DNA of 64,000 nt from an uncultured Planctomycetota bacterium (GTDB lineage Bacteria; Planctomycetota; PLA2; JAEUHO01). This document shows positions 39,092 to 47,249 of the stretch, one piece after another (within the stretch, counting starts at the first letter, position 1; every line of letters starts with the position of its first letter). A program made the translations under genes and the position numbers. The stretch spans positions 1,056,001-1,120,000 of the forward strand of contig CAVVXN010000005.1 of NCBI GenBank assembly GCA_963752285.1. The letters are read 5' to 3'. Under the pieces are notes generated by a model that saw nothing but the letters and a program-made list of their open reading frames with translations, had not been told where the DNA came from and did not search any database.

Positions 39092-40698
39092 GCGCGCCGG
39101 CCGAGATCGAACGGGTCCCGCCGAGCGATACCGAAGCTGAGATGATGTTGCTCGGCGCCCTGCTCCTCGAGCCCGACCGCGGGGGCGAGCTGATCGACGC
39201 GGTGACACGCGCCGGGCTCCAAGCCGCAGACTTCTACCGGCGTGCCCACATCCTCGTCTTCGCTGCGCTGCTCCGGCTCCGCGATGCCGGCCTGCCGTTC
39301 GACACGATCCTCCTCCGCGGCGAGCTGGCGCGGTCTGGGGCCCTGGACGACGCGGGCGGAGCGGCGTACCTCTGCGAGATCGCGCGGAGCGTCTACACGC
39401 CGGCCCTGGCAGTCGACCACGCGCGCCTCGTCGTCGAGAAGGCGCGGAAACGGCGGATGCTCGATGCGGCCCGGCTCGCGGCCGAGGGCCTGTGGGATGG
39501 GCAGGACGTCGATACGGTGCGGGTGCGGCTTATGGAGGCGCTGGAGCGCGACGGCAAGACCGCGTCGTCCTACTCGGACCTGTTCGTCTCCGTCGCGGAG
39601 CTGATCGACCCGAACGCGCCGACCGTCGTCCCGTTCGTCCCCGACTTCAGTTGGCCCGGCAAGATCACGTTGACGATCGGACGTGAGAAGGCCGGGAAGT
39701 CGACCTTCCTCTACGCCAAGATCGGCGCGATGGAGCGGGGTGGGGTATTCCTCGGCCGCGCGTGCCGGCAGACGCGAGCCGTCATCTTGAGCGAGGAGCC
39801 CCGCGCGATCATCGACGAGAGGTGCCGACGATTCGGGGTCCGCGAGGCGGTCGTTCTGCCCCGGGACCGTGTCCACAAGATCCCGACGTGGGGGGAGAAG
39901 GTGCGGGCGGCCGTGGAGGCGGCGGAGAAGCACGGATGCCGCTACGTGCTCGTAGACCCTGTGTCGAAGCTCGCGGGCCTCGGCCCGAAGGACGAGAACG
40001 ACAGCGGCACCGTGAGCGCCCTGTACGCGGTGGTCGAGGCCGAGATGGGCGACCTCTCGTTCGAGCTGAACCACCATGCCGCGCGAGACGGCGGGCGGAG
40101 CGGGATCGACTCGTCTCGCGGCACGACCGCGTGGACGCAGAACCCCGACACGATCGTCACGCTTTCCAAGCCCAAGGCCCGCTCGAACGTCCGACGGATC
40201 GAGTGGGACGGCCGGGAGATGCAGTACCCAGACCCGGCGGCTGTCGAGCTGCTCCGCGACCATGCGACGGGGCTCGACGCCTATCGGCTCGTGAGCCGCC
40301 CCGACGACTCCGCGAGCGAGGACCTCCGCCGGGTTTCGACCCTCCATGATTCGGTTGTCGCGGAGATCGAGGCAGAGTGGTCGGAGCTGCCCGGCCCCGA
40401 GGCGGAGAAGGTGTGGATCCCAACGGGCCGGATCGTCCACCGAGTCGGGACCGCCGCAGGGCCCATCCGCGGGGCCCTTCCGGTCCTCGGTCCGGCTCGG
40501 CCGACTCCGCCGGAAGCCGGCCGGCGTGGGGTACGTCTACGCCCCCGCCATAGCGCCCGGGGCGCGCGAACCTGCCCCGACCTGTCGCGGACCTGTCGTG
40601 GGCGACCTGTCGGACCTGTCGGACCTGTCGGAGCCCTGTCGTTCGCCTGTCGCGGACTCCAGCCCGACACCTGTCGCGTCTGTCGGGGGGGACCGTAG
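39088..40698 (+). CDS. DnaB N-terminal domain + AAA_25/RecA-type helicase (replication protein); C-terminus may be out of frame
   Basis: PPSDTEAEMMLLGALL...DFYRRAH...GGAAYL (DnaB_N); Walker A GREKAGKS, LSEE, VLVDP, DENDS, HH, SRGTTAW. Confidence 0.85.
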   Translation: MSAPAEIERVPPSDTEAEMMLLGALLLEPDRGGELIDAVTRAGLQAADFYRRAHILVFAALLRLRDAGLPFDTILLRGELARSGALDDAGGAAYLCEIARSVYTPALAVDHARLVVEKARKRRMLDAARLAAEGLWDGQDVDTVRVRLMEALERDGKTASSYSDLFVSVAELIDPNAPTVVPFVPDFSWPGKITLTIGREKAGKSTFLYAKIGAMERGGVFLGRACRQTRAVILSEEPRAIIDERCRRFGVREAVVLPRDRVHKIPTWGEKVRAAVEAAEKHGCRYVLVDPVSKLAGLGPKDENDSGTVSALYAVVEAEMGDLSFELNHHAARDGGRSGIDSSRGTTAWTQNPDTIVTLSKPKARSNVRRIEWDGREMQYPDPAAVELLRDHATGLDAYRLVSRPDDSASEDLRRVSTLHDSVVAEIEAEWSELPGPEAEKVWIPTGRIVHRVGTAAGPIRGALPVLGPARPTPPEAGRRGVRLRPRHSARGARTCPDLSRTCRGRPVGPVGPVGALSFACRGLQPDTCRVCRGGP

Positions 40699-40740
40699 GG
40701 TCCCCCGACGACAGGAAGTCGGGGCCCCCGCGGCGACAGG
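40581..40740. repeat. iteron-like cluster: 8 direct CCTGTCG and 2 inverted CGACAGG around a GC hairpin (putative ori)
   Basis: CCTGTCG at 40581, 40592, 40606, 40615, 40624, 40635, 40646, 40670; CGACAGG at 40709 and 40734; hairpin at 40682-40709. Confidence 0.8.
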
Positions 40741-40982
40741 ATCGGGCGGCAGCCTACCTGCTGCACTCCGGGCCACCGGCGGGACGCTCCTCGACCTCCA
40801 CGCGATCAAGCCCGAAGCGCCTACCCCCGACGATCCCCGCGACCGCCCCGAGGACTGCCTTCGTCCCGACGGGTCGCAGCGTGACCCGCGGAAGGGGGCG
40901 TCGTGACCCGGCGCCGCCCTTCCCCCGCGCCTGGCTGGCGACCCCCGTCGCGGCGGTCGTGAGCAATCAAGGGAGATTCAAG

Positions 40983-41321
40983 ATGGCGAACGGACACGGC
41001 GGTAGGCGCCAGGGCGCGGGCCGGCGTCTCGGCTCGAAGGACCGCGCGACACGGGAGGCGAAGGCGACTCTCTCGGAGCTGGCGCGCGAGCATTCCGACG
41101 AGGCGATTCGGACCCTTCACGACGTCATGGTCAAGGGCGAGAGCGAGTCGGCCCGGATTGCCGCGGCCGGGGCCCTCCTCGACCGCGGGTACGGCCGTCC
41201 TTCGCAGGCCGTGGAGCACGCGGCCGGCGACGCCGCGCTCCCGATCATCCTCAACTTCCGGCATCTCGTGAATCTCCCGAACGACGAGCCCGACGACGAC
41301 GAGGAGGCTGTCGGCGCGTGA
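40983..41321 (+). CDS. phage protein of the type usually found as or beside a terminase small subunit
   Basis: GGGAG RBS; GGRRQGAGRRLGSKDRAT...LAREHSDEAIRTL...ARIAAAGALLDRGYGRPSQAVE. Confidence 0.65.
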   Translation: MANGHGGRRQGAGRRLGSKDRATREAKATLSELAREHSDEAIRTLHDVMVKGESESARIAAAGALLDRGYGRPSQAVEHAAGDAALPIILNFRHLVNLPNDEPDDDEEAVGA

Positions 41322-41525
41322 CCCCTGGCGCCCGTCTCCCTTCCGAGCGTCGCACGCTTCGCGTCCGCGAGGTTGCGAAGTCCCTCGGCGTGTCGGAGAA
41401 GGCGGTACGGACGTGGTGCGCGACCGGCGACCTCCAGGCCGTGCGGGTTGGGCCCCGCCTGCTCCTGATCGAACCGAAGGCGCTGGAGCGATTCCTCGAT
41501 CGTCACCGGGGCGCCGGTCCGGTAG
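41318..41525 (+). CDS. excisionase-family HTH protein (stop uncertain)
   Basis: LRVREVAKSLGVSEKAVRTWCATGDLQAVRVGPRLLLIEPKALERFL (HTH_17 pattern). Confidence 0.8.
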
Positions 41526-41528
41526 GGG

Positions 41529-41558
41529 TTGACACATGGAATACTCCCGTCATACACT
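41529..41558 (+). promoter_or_regulatory. sigma70-type promoter, probably giving a leaderless RHH-integrase mRNA
   Basis: TTGACA(41529)-N18-TACACT(41553); ATG at 41565, no SD. Confidence 0.55.
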
Positions 41559-41564
41559 CCCACC

Positions 41565-41792
41565 ATGCAGCCCCGAAACCCCGACCTGACCATGCTGGCG
41601 ACCCGGCTTCCCGCGACCCTCGTCCGTGCGATCCAAGCGCGGGCGAAGCGGGAGAAGCGGACCGTGACGGACGTGGTGCGGACGGCCATCGCCGCGGGGC
41701 TTCCCGAGGCCCGGTCCGTCGAGGCCGAGGTCCGGGCGCTCCGCCGCGAGGTCGAGGCGCTCCGCCGCGCGATCGAAGGGAGGAAGCCGTGA
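41565..41792 (+). CDS. ribbon-helix-helix (CopG/Arc-like) regulator with coiled-coil tail
   Basis: MLATRLPATLVRAIQARAKREKRTVTDVVRTAIAAGL...EVRALRREVEALRR. Confidence 0.7.
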   Translation: MQPRNPDLTMLATRLPATLVRAIQARAKREKRTVTDVVRTAIAAGLPEARSVEAEVRALRREVEALRRAIEGRKP

Positions 41793-42985
41793 AGGCTGTA
41801 CCGCCGAGGCCGGAAAGGCCCGTTTCAGGCGCAATCGTTCTTCGTGGGCGGGATCCGCTACCGCCTTTCGACCGGATGCACGTCCCGGGACGCCGCACGC
41901 CGCAAGGTCGAAGGCATGATCCGCGAGGCCGAGGCCGCGCACGCGGCGGGCGTCGTCTGGAATCGGCCGAAGGCGAAGGAAACCGCGTCCCTCCTCGACG
42001 AGTACGGGGTCGCAAGTCCTTCAGCCAGCACGGACGCACGACCGCGCACGTCGAGCAAACCCTCCACCGGCTCGGCCGCGGACTGGAGGGCGCTCCACGC
42101 CTCGGCGCCGTCAACGCCGACTTCCTCTCCCGCGCGCTCGCCCGGATCGCGGATACCCCGGTCGCGCGGCTCGGACGCGAGCCGGCGGTCCCTTCTCCCT
42201 CGGACCGTGGACGCGTACTGGGTCGCGATCGTCGGGTTCTGCCGTTGGCTCCAGCGGCGCGGCATCCGGGCCGACAACCCCGCGACGCGACTGGAGAAGG
42301 CCGGACGCACGGAGAAGGTCCTCCGTCGTCGCGCCCTCGCGGACGACGAGCTACGCCGACTGTTCGCGGTCGCGCGCTCCCGTCCGTTCGACCTCGCCCG
42401 GGAGGCGCGCGTCCACGCGGGCGTCACACCCGAGGAGGAAGCTTCGGCTCCTCGACGGTGGGCCGCCGCCACGCGCTGGCGTACGTCCTCGCGGGACGGA
42501 TGGGCCTTCGGCGGAACGAGGTCGCCTCGCTCCGGTGGGCGGACGTGAACCTCGACGCGCGCACGCTCACGGTCCGGGCGAAGGTCGCGAAGAACCGACG
42601 CGAGTCCGTCCTCCCATTCTCGACGGCGGACGCCTTCGACGCGTTGCACGAGGCCGGTGGAGACGTTCTCCCGACCGCGAGCGTGGTCGGATCCCTCCCG
42701 ACCGTGCGAACGCTCCAAGCGGACCTAGGCCGGGATCGAGGTCGAGACCGAGGAGGGGCGGGTGGACTTCCACGCTCTCCGGCACACCTGCGCGACGATC
42801 CTCGCGCGGGCCGGCGTGCCCCTCAACTCCTCGGCGACTTCATGCGCCATGCGTCCTACGCGACCACCCGCGCGTACTACCAGCACCTTCGTCTCGCGGA
42901 CCTCCGCGGGGTGGCCGAGGCGGCTGGTGGACAGGCACCCGCAAGCGCCTCTGGGAATGCGCGCTCGGTGGGCACGGGCGTCTAG
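41789..42985 (+). pseudogene. int: tyrosine recombinase/integrase, several frameshifts
   Basis: RLSTGCTSRDAA (N-terminus), RRRALADDE, MGLRRNEVASLRWADV (R), KNRR (K), DFHALRHTCAT (HxxR), MRHASYATTRAYY (H, Y) spread over frames. Confidence 0.88.
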
Positions 42986-43046
42986 GTTTGGCGTTGACAA
43001 GGCGGGCCGACGCGGGGAAACCCTATGGCCTCAAGGGAGGCGGCGA

Positions 43047-43449
43047 ATGCGGTACGTCCTGCTCGTGGTCGGGGGATTGGCGCTTGCGTGTGGCGCCGCA
43101 ACGAGAGCCTCGGGGTCGGACGAGCAGGGGGCGGCACTCGCCGATCGAGTCGCGTCCCTGGAATCACGGCTGGCGATCGAGAAGCTTCCGTTGCGACTAC
43201 TTGGACGCCGAATGCGCGGCGATCGAGGCAACGGTCTACGCGCCACGAAACGTCTCTCCTCCGCTACACCTACTTCATCGACTGGTTCACCAAGCCCACG
43301 GAAACCGTGCGAAGCGCTTGGGAGCGGGTGTCGAGGACCATCCCTTCCGCGAAGGCGTCAAGGACGAGGCGGCGGCGGCGGCGGCACGTCGAAAGGCGTA
43401 CGAGGCCAAGGCCACCTGGGAGAAGGCATCGAAGGCTCCCGGACGGTGA
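43047..43449 (+). CDS. small secreted hypothetical protein (frameshifted)
   Basis: GGGAGG RBS; signal-peptide-like MRYVLLVVGGLALACGAA. Confidence 0.4.
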
Positions 43450-43626
43450 GGCGTGGTCCGGCCCACGCCGCAGGCGGGGCCTCGGGGACTGTGCCCCCTG
43501 GTGTGCCCAAAGTTGCACCAAACGAGGGCACACCTGGGGTCCAAAGGGCACTCGGGGGCGCGCAGAGTCTCGCGCGGCTATCGCCGGCAAGCCCCCATTT
43601 CTCGCGGGTTTCCGGGCGTCTGAGAG

Positions 43627-43702
43627 TGGCTCCCCGAGCAGGGCTCGAACCTGCGACCTACGGATTAACAGTCCGCCGCTCTACCAGCTGAGCTATCGGG
43701 GA
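43627..43702 (-). tRNA. tRNA-Asn(GTT)
   Basis: TCCCCGATAGCTCAGCTGGTAGAGCGGCGGACTGTTAATCCGTAGGTCGCAGGTTCGAGCCCTGCTCGGGGAGCCA; cloverleaf, GTT anticodon, CCA end. Confidence 0.97.
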
Positions 43703-43998
43703 GTGCCGTTCGGCTTCGGGCGGAAGATACCACCTGGGGTCGTCCGCGCTTCTTCGCGAGGGGGAGGATGGTAGCTCCGGTTCGGCGTGCCGCAAGCACC
43801 TGCCCCGAGCGGGGTTACGCCGGTCGCGGGGACCCTCCGGACGCCGCGCACGCCGTCCCGGCGGGTCTCGGCGGCCGACCGGTGGTCGCGGGTGGCCGCC
43901 GACTTCGTGCCGGGGCCGGGGGCGCGAGGTCGCCGGAGCGCGCCTCCCGGGAGCGTCGGCGGGGCGTGCGATCGTCGGGGATCCTCTGGGAGTTGCTG

Positions 43999-44358
43999 GT
44001 GCGGGCTGGACACATCGAGGTCTTCGTTCGCGACGTGACCGTGGCGCGCGCGTTCTACGCGTCGGTGCTCGGCTTCGAGGTGTTCGACGTCCAGGGCGAC
44101 GGCGCCTTCGTCTGGCTCCGCCTCGGCGAGCGCGAGATCCTGCTCCGTCCAGGCGCGCCCCCACCGCCCGCCGCGCGCTACCGTGACGCTGCCGTCGGCT
44201 TCGTCCTGTTCACCGACGACCTCACGAAGACCTGCCGCGAGCTCGAAGGGCGCGGCCTCGTCTTTTGCGGAGACGACGGACCCGACTGCCCGACGTTCAC
44301 CGATCCCGACGGCCACTGGTTCCAGCTCGTCGATCCGCGGCAGCACGGGGGCGGCTGA
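43999..44358 (+). CDS. VOC/glyoxalase family protein
   Basis: HIEVFVRDVTVARAFYASVLGF...FTDPDGHWFQL. Confidence 0.85.
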   Translation: MRAGHIEVFVRDVTVARAFYASVLGFEVFDVQGDGAFVWLRLGEREILLRPGAPPPPAARYRDAAVGFVLFTDDLTKTCRELEGRGLVFCGDDGPDCPTFTDPDGHWFQLVDPRQHGGG

Positions 44359-44601
44359 CGGCAACCCACTTCGTGCAGCTCGGTGCGCGCGCCGGCCCAC
44401 CCCTGCGCGCCGGCAACGCCCAGAACGCGCGGCGCGCGGTCCCCTCTCACCCTCTTGCGCGGCAACGTCTCCACGAACCCTTCACGTCGGGCTCACCGGA
44501 AGACGACGGGACGAACGACGCGGGTGCGCGGGCGCCCGCGGAGGGGTGGGGTCGGGGGCTGCTAGCATCGCTACGTCTCCTGCCGAGTGCCTCTCGTGGT
44601 G

Positions 44602-46179
44602 ATGCGCCCCCCGCCCCCGCCGCCCAAGGCCGACGAGGCTCCCGGGCTCGCGCCGCCGGACGTCGCCACGTACCTCGCGGCCGTGGACCTCGGCTCGAAC
44701 TCGTTCCACATGGCCGTCGCGCGCGTCGTGAACGGCGTCCCCGTCATCGTGGACCGCCTCCGCGAGCCCGTGCATCTCGCCGCCGGTCTCGGCCCCCGCG
44801 GCACGATCCGCGAGGACGCCCAGGCCCGCGCCCTCGCATGCCTCGAACGCTTCGGCCAGCGCCTCCGCCACATGCCCGTCTCGCACGTCCGTGCTGTCGG
44901 CACGAACACGCTCCGCCGCGCGAAACACCCCCGGCGCTTCCTCCGCGCCGCGGAAGCGGCGCTCGGGCACCCCATCGAGGTCATCTCCGGCACCGAGGAG
45001 GCACGGCTGGTGTACCTCGGCGTCGCCCAGGACCTCGCCGACGACACCGGACCGCGCCTCGTGGTGGACATCGGCGGCGGCAGCACGGAGCTCGTCCTCG
45101 GCGAGCGCTTCGAGCCCCTCGAGGCCCACAGCCTCCACATGGGGTGTATCGACTTCACCGACCGGTTCTTCGCCGACGGCTCGATCCGACGCCGCGCCCT
45201 CGACGACGCCGTCCTCGCCGCCCGCGCCGAGATCCAGACCATCGAGCGCCGCTTCCGAGAACTCGGCTGGGATCGCGCCATCGGATCGTCCGGTACGATC
45301 CGCGCCGCCCAGGACGTCCTCCAGCAGAACGGCTGGAGCGATCAGGGCATCACCTCCGCCGGGCTCCGCAAGCTCCGCAAGGCCCTCCTCGAGGCCGGTC
45401 ACGTGAAGCGACTCGACCTCCCGGGGCTGAAGCCCGACCGGACGCCCGTCTTCCCCGGCGGCTTCGCGATCCTCGTCGCCGTCGTCGAGGCCCTCGCGAT
45501 CGACCGCATGGAGGCCGCGACCGGAGCCCTCCGCGAGGGCGTCCTCTACGACCTCCTGGGTCGCATCCGCCACGAGGACGTCCGCGAGCGCACGATCCGC
45601 ATCTTCCAGGAGCGCTACCACGTGGACCTCCGGCAGGCCGGCCGCGTCGAGCGAAGCGCCCTCGCCTACCTCGAGCAGGTCGCCGACGCCTGGCACCTCG
45701 ACCGCGACACCTCCGCGCTCTTCCTCTCCTGGGCCGCGCGCCTCCACGAGATCGGGCTCGCCCTCTCGTACGGCCACCACAACCTCCACGGCGCCTACCT
45801 GCTCCAGAACAGCGACCTCCCCGGCTTCTCCCGCGACGACCAGGTCCTGCTCGCCGCGCTCGTCGGCGCGCACCGCCGCAAGGTCAGGAAGCGCACGTTC
45901 CGCGGCCTCCCCCCCACGCGCCGTGAGCTCGCCCGACGCCTCGCCCTCCTCCTCCGACTCGCCGTCCTCTCCAATCGCGACCGCAGCCCCGAGCCGCCCC
46001 CGCCCCTCGAGCTCGCCGCGCGGCCCAGCGGCGTCCGGGTCCGCTATCCCCGTACCTGGAACGACGGCCAGCCCCTCACCCGCCTCGACTTCGAACGCGA
46101 GGCCCAGTACCTCCACGCGATCGACCTCGCGCTCACCGCCGAGCCGATCGACGGCGATCCCCCGCCCGGCGAAGCGTGA
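44602..46179 (+). CDS. ppx: exopolyphosphatase Ppx/GppA
   Basis: AVDLGSNSFH, ISGTEEARL, DIGGGSTE, ALREG, LHEIG (HD-like domain). Confidence 0.93.
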   Translation: MRPPPPPPKADEAPGLAPPDVATYLAAVDLGSNSFHMAVARVVNGVPVIVDRLREPVHLAAGLGPRGTIREDAQARALACLERFGQRLRHMPVSHVRAVGTNTLRRAKHPRRFLRAAEAALGHPIEVISGTEEARLVYLGVAQDLADDTGPRLVVDIGGGSTELVLGERFEPLEAHSLHMGCIDFTDRFFADGSIRRRALDDAVLAARAEIQTIERRFRELGWDRAIGSSGTIRAAQDVLQQNGWSDQGITSAGLRKLRKALLEAGHVKRLDLPGLKPDRTPVFPGGFAILVAVVEALAIDRMEAATGALREGVLYDLLGRIRHEDVRERTIRIFQERYHVDLRQAGRVERSALAYLEQVADAWHLDRDTSALFLSWAARLHEIGLALSYGHHNLHGAYLLQNSDLPGFSRDDQVLLAALVGAHRRKVRKRTFRGLPPTRRELARRLALLLRLAVLSNRDRSPEPPPPLELAARPSGVRVRYPRTWNDGQPLTRLDFEREAQYLHAIDLALTAEPIDGDPPPGEA

Positions 46180-46233
46180 GGCGCACGCCGCGCGAAGGGA
46201 CCGCGCGCGGCCCGACGGATTCGCACGTGGCCG

Positions 46234-46333
46234 TGGACCGCGCGTCGCACGTTCGACGTGCGATGCGGATGGACCGCGCGTCGCACGTTCGACGTGCGGT
46301 GCGGATGGACCGCGCCTCACGCGTTCGAGGTGC
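46234..46333. repeat. 36-bp tandem palindromic (REP-like) repeat, ~2.7 copies
   Basis: Unit TGGACCGCGCGTCGCACGTTCGACGTGCGATGCGGA at 46234, 46270 and 46306; internal hairpin GCACGT-TCG-ACGTGC; lies between convergent ppx and ppk2. Confidence 0.85.
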
Positions 46334-46374
46334 ACGGCCGTGCCGCGGTGCCGCGGCGCCGCGGCGCCTCGAGG

Positions 46375-47244
46375 CTACGCCTCGAGCGTCCGGCGAAGGT
46401 CGGCGAAGCGTGCGCGCGCGGCCTCGTCCACCTCGGGGTAGGAGAGCTTCATGTGCTTCAGGGTGTCGCGGACGATCTCGGCCACGGCGAGGCGCATGTA
46501 GGACTTGTGGTCGGCGGGGATCGCGAACCAGGGCGCCCAGGGACGCGAGGTCTCGTTCAGCGCGTCCTCGTACGCCTTCATGTACTCGTCGAAGAACTCG
46601 CGCTCGCGCACGTCACCCGCCGAGAACTTCCAGTTCTTGTCGGGCTCGTCGAGGCGGGCGAGGAAGCGCTTGCGCTGCTCTTCCTTCGAGACGTTCAGCC
46701 AGAACTTGAGGATCACGGTCCCGTTCCGGGCCAGGTGTTGCTCATGCTCCCGGATGGACTCGTAGCGGTGCTTCCAGAGGTCCTCGAGCGCGTGCTTGCC
46801 GGGGAGACGCTCGGCCTCCAGGTACTCGGGGTGCACGCGCACCACGAGCACCTCCTCGTAGTACGAGCGGTTGAACACGCCGATGCACCCGCGCTCGGGC
46901 AGGCACCGCGCGGTCCTCCAGAGGAAGTCGTGGTCGAGCTCCTCCGCCGTCGGCTGCTTGAACGAGTAGACCTCGCAGCCGGCCGGGTTCACGCCCGTCA
47001 AGACCGCACGGATCGTCCCGTCCTTCCCCGCGGCGTCGAGCGCCTGGAAGACCAGCAGGAGCGCGCGGCGGTCATTCGCCCAGAGGATTCGCTGGAGGTC
47101 CGCGATGTCCTTCACCACGGCGTCGAGCTCGTCGCGCGCCTGGTCCTTCTTGGGCACGCCGTGCGGGGGCTCGGTCGAGACCTTTCCGACGCGGAACGAC
47201 CCGTCGTACGGGACCAGATGGACGTGGGGGAAGGCCTCGTGCAT
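46375..47244 (-). CDS. ppk2: polyphosphate kinase 2 family protein
   Basis: QALDAAGKDG, FKQPT, FNRSYYEEVLV, KNWKFS, APWFAIPAD. Confidence 0.93.
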   Translation of the reverse strand: MHEAFPHVHLVPYDGSFRVGKVSTEPPHGVPKKDQARDELDAVVKDIADLQRILWANDRRALLLVFQALDAAGKDGTIRAVLTGVNPAGCEVYSFKQPTAEELDHDFLWRTARCLPERGCIGVFNRSYYEEVLVVRVHPEYLEAERLPGKHALEDLWKHRYESIREHEQHLARNGTVILKFWLNVSKEEQRKRFLARLDEPDKNWKFSAGDVREREFFDEYMKAYEDALNETSRPWAPWFAIPADHKSYMRLAVAEIVRDTLKHMKLSYPEVDEAARARFADLRRTLEA

Positions 47245-47249
47245 CGGGC

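Larger units (their letters stand above)
33801..43676. mobile_element. ~9.9 kb integrative element (PICI-like phage satellite) at tRNA-Asn
   Basis: Flanking 51-bp direct repeats, tyrosine integrase next to the tRNA, xis, regulators, helicase, iterons, terS-like genes; no capsid, portal, TerL or tail gene seen. Confidence 0.85.

Noticed and set aside
41318..42985. 555-aa excisionase-integrase fusion in the ORF track
   Set aside because: The middle of that frame is not protein-like and overlaps the RHH gene; integrase motifs lie in several frames, so this is most likely an artefact of indels plus high GC.
46234..46333. Possible CRISPR array (36-bp palindromic units)
   Set aside because: Units are directly tandem with no unique spacers, and no cas genes are in the window.
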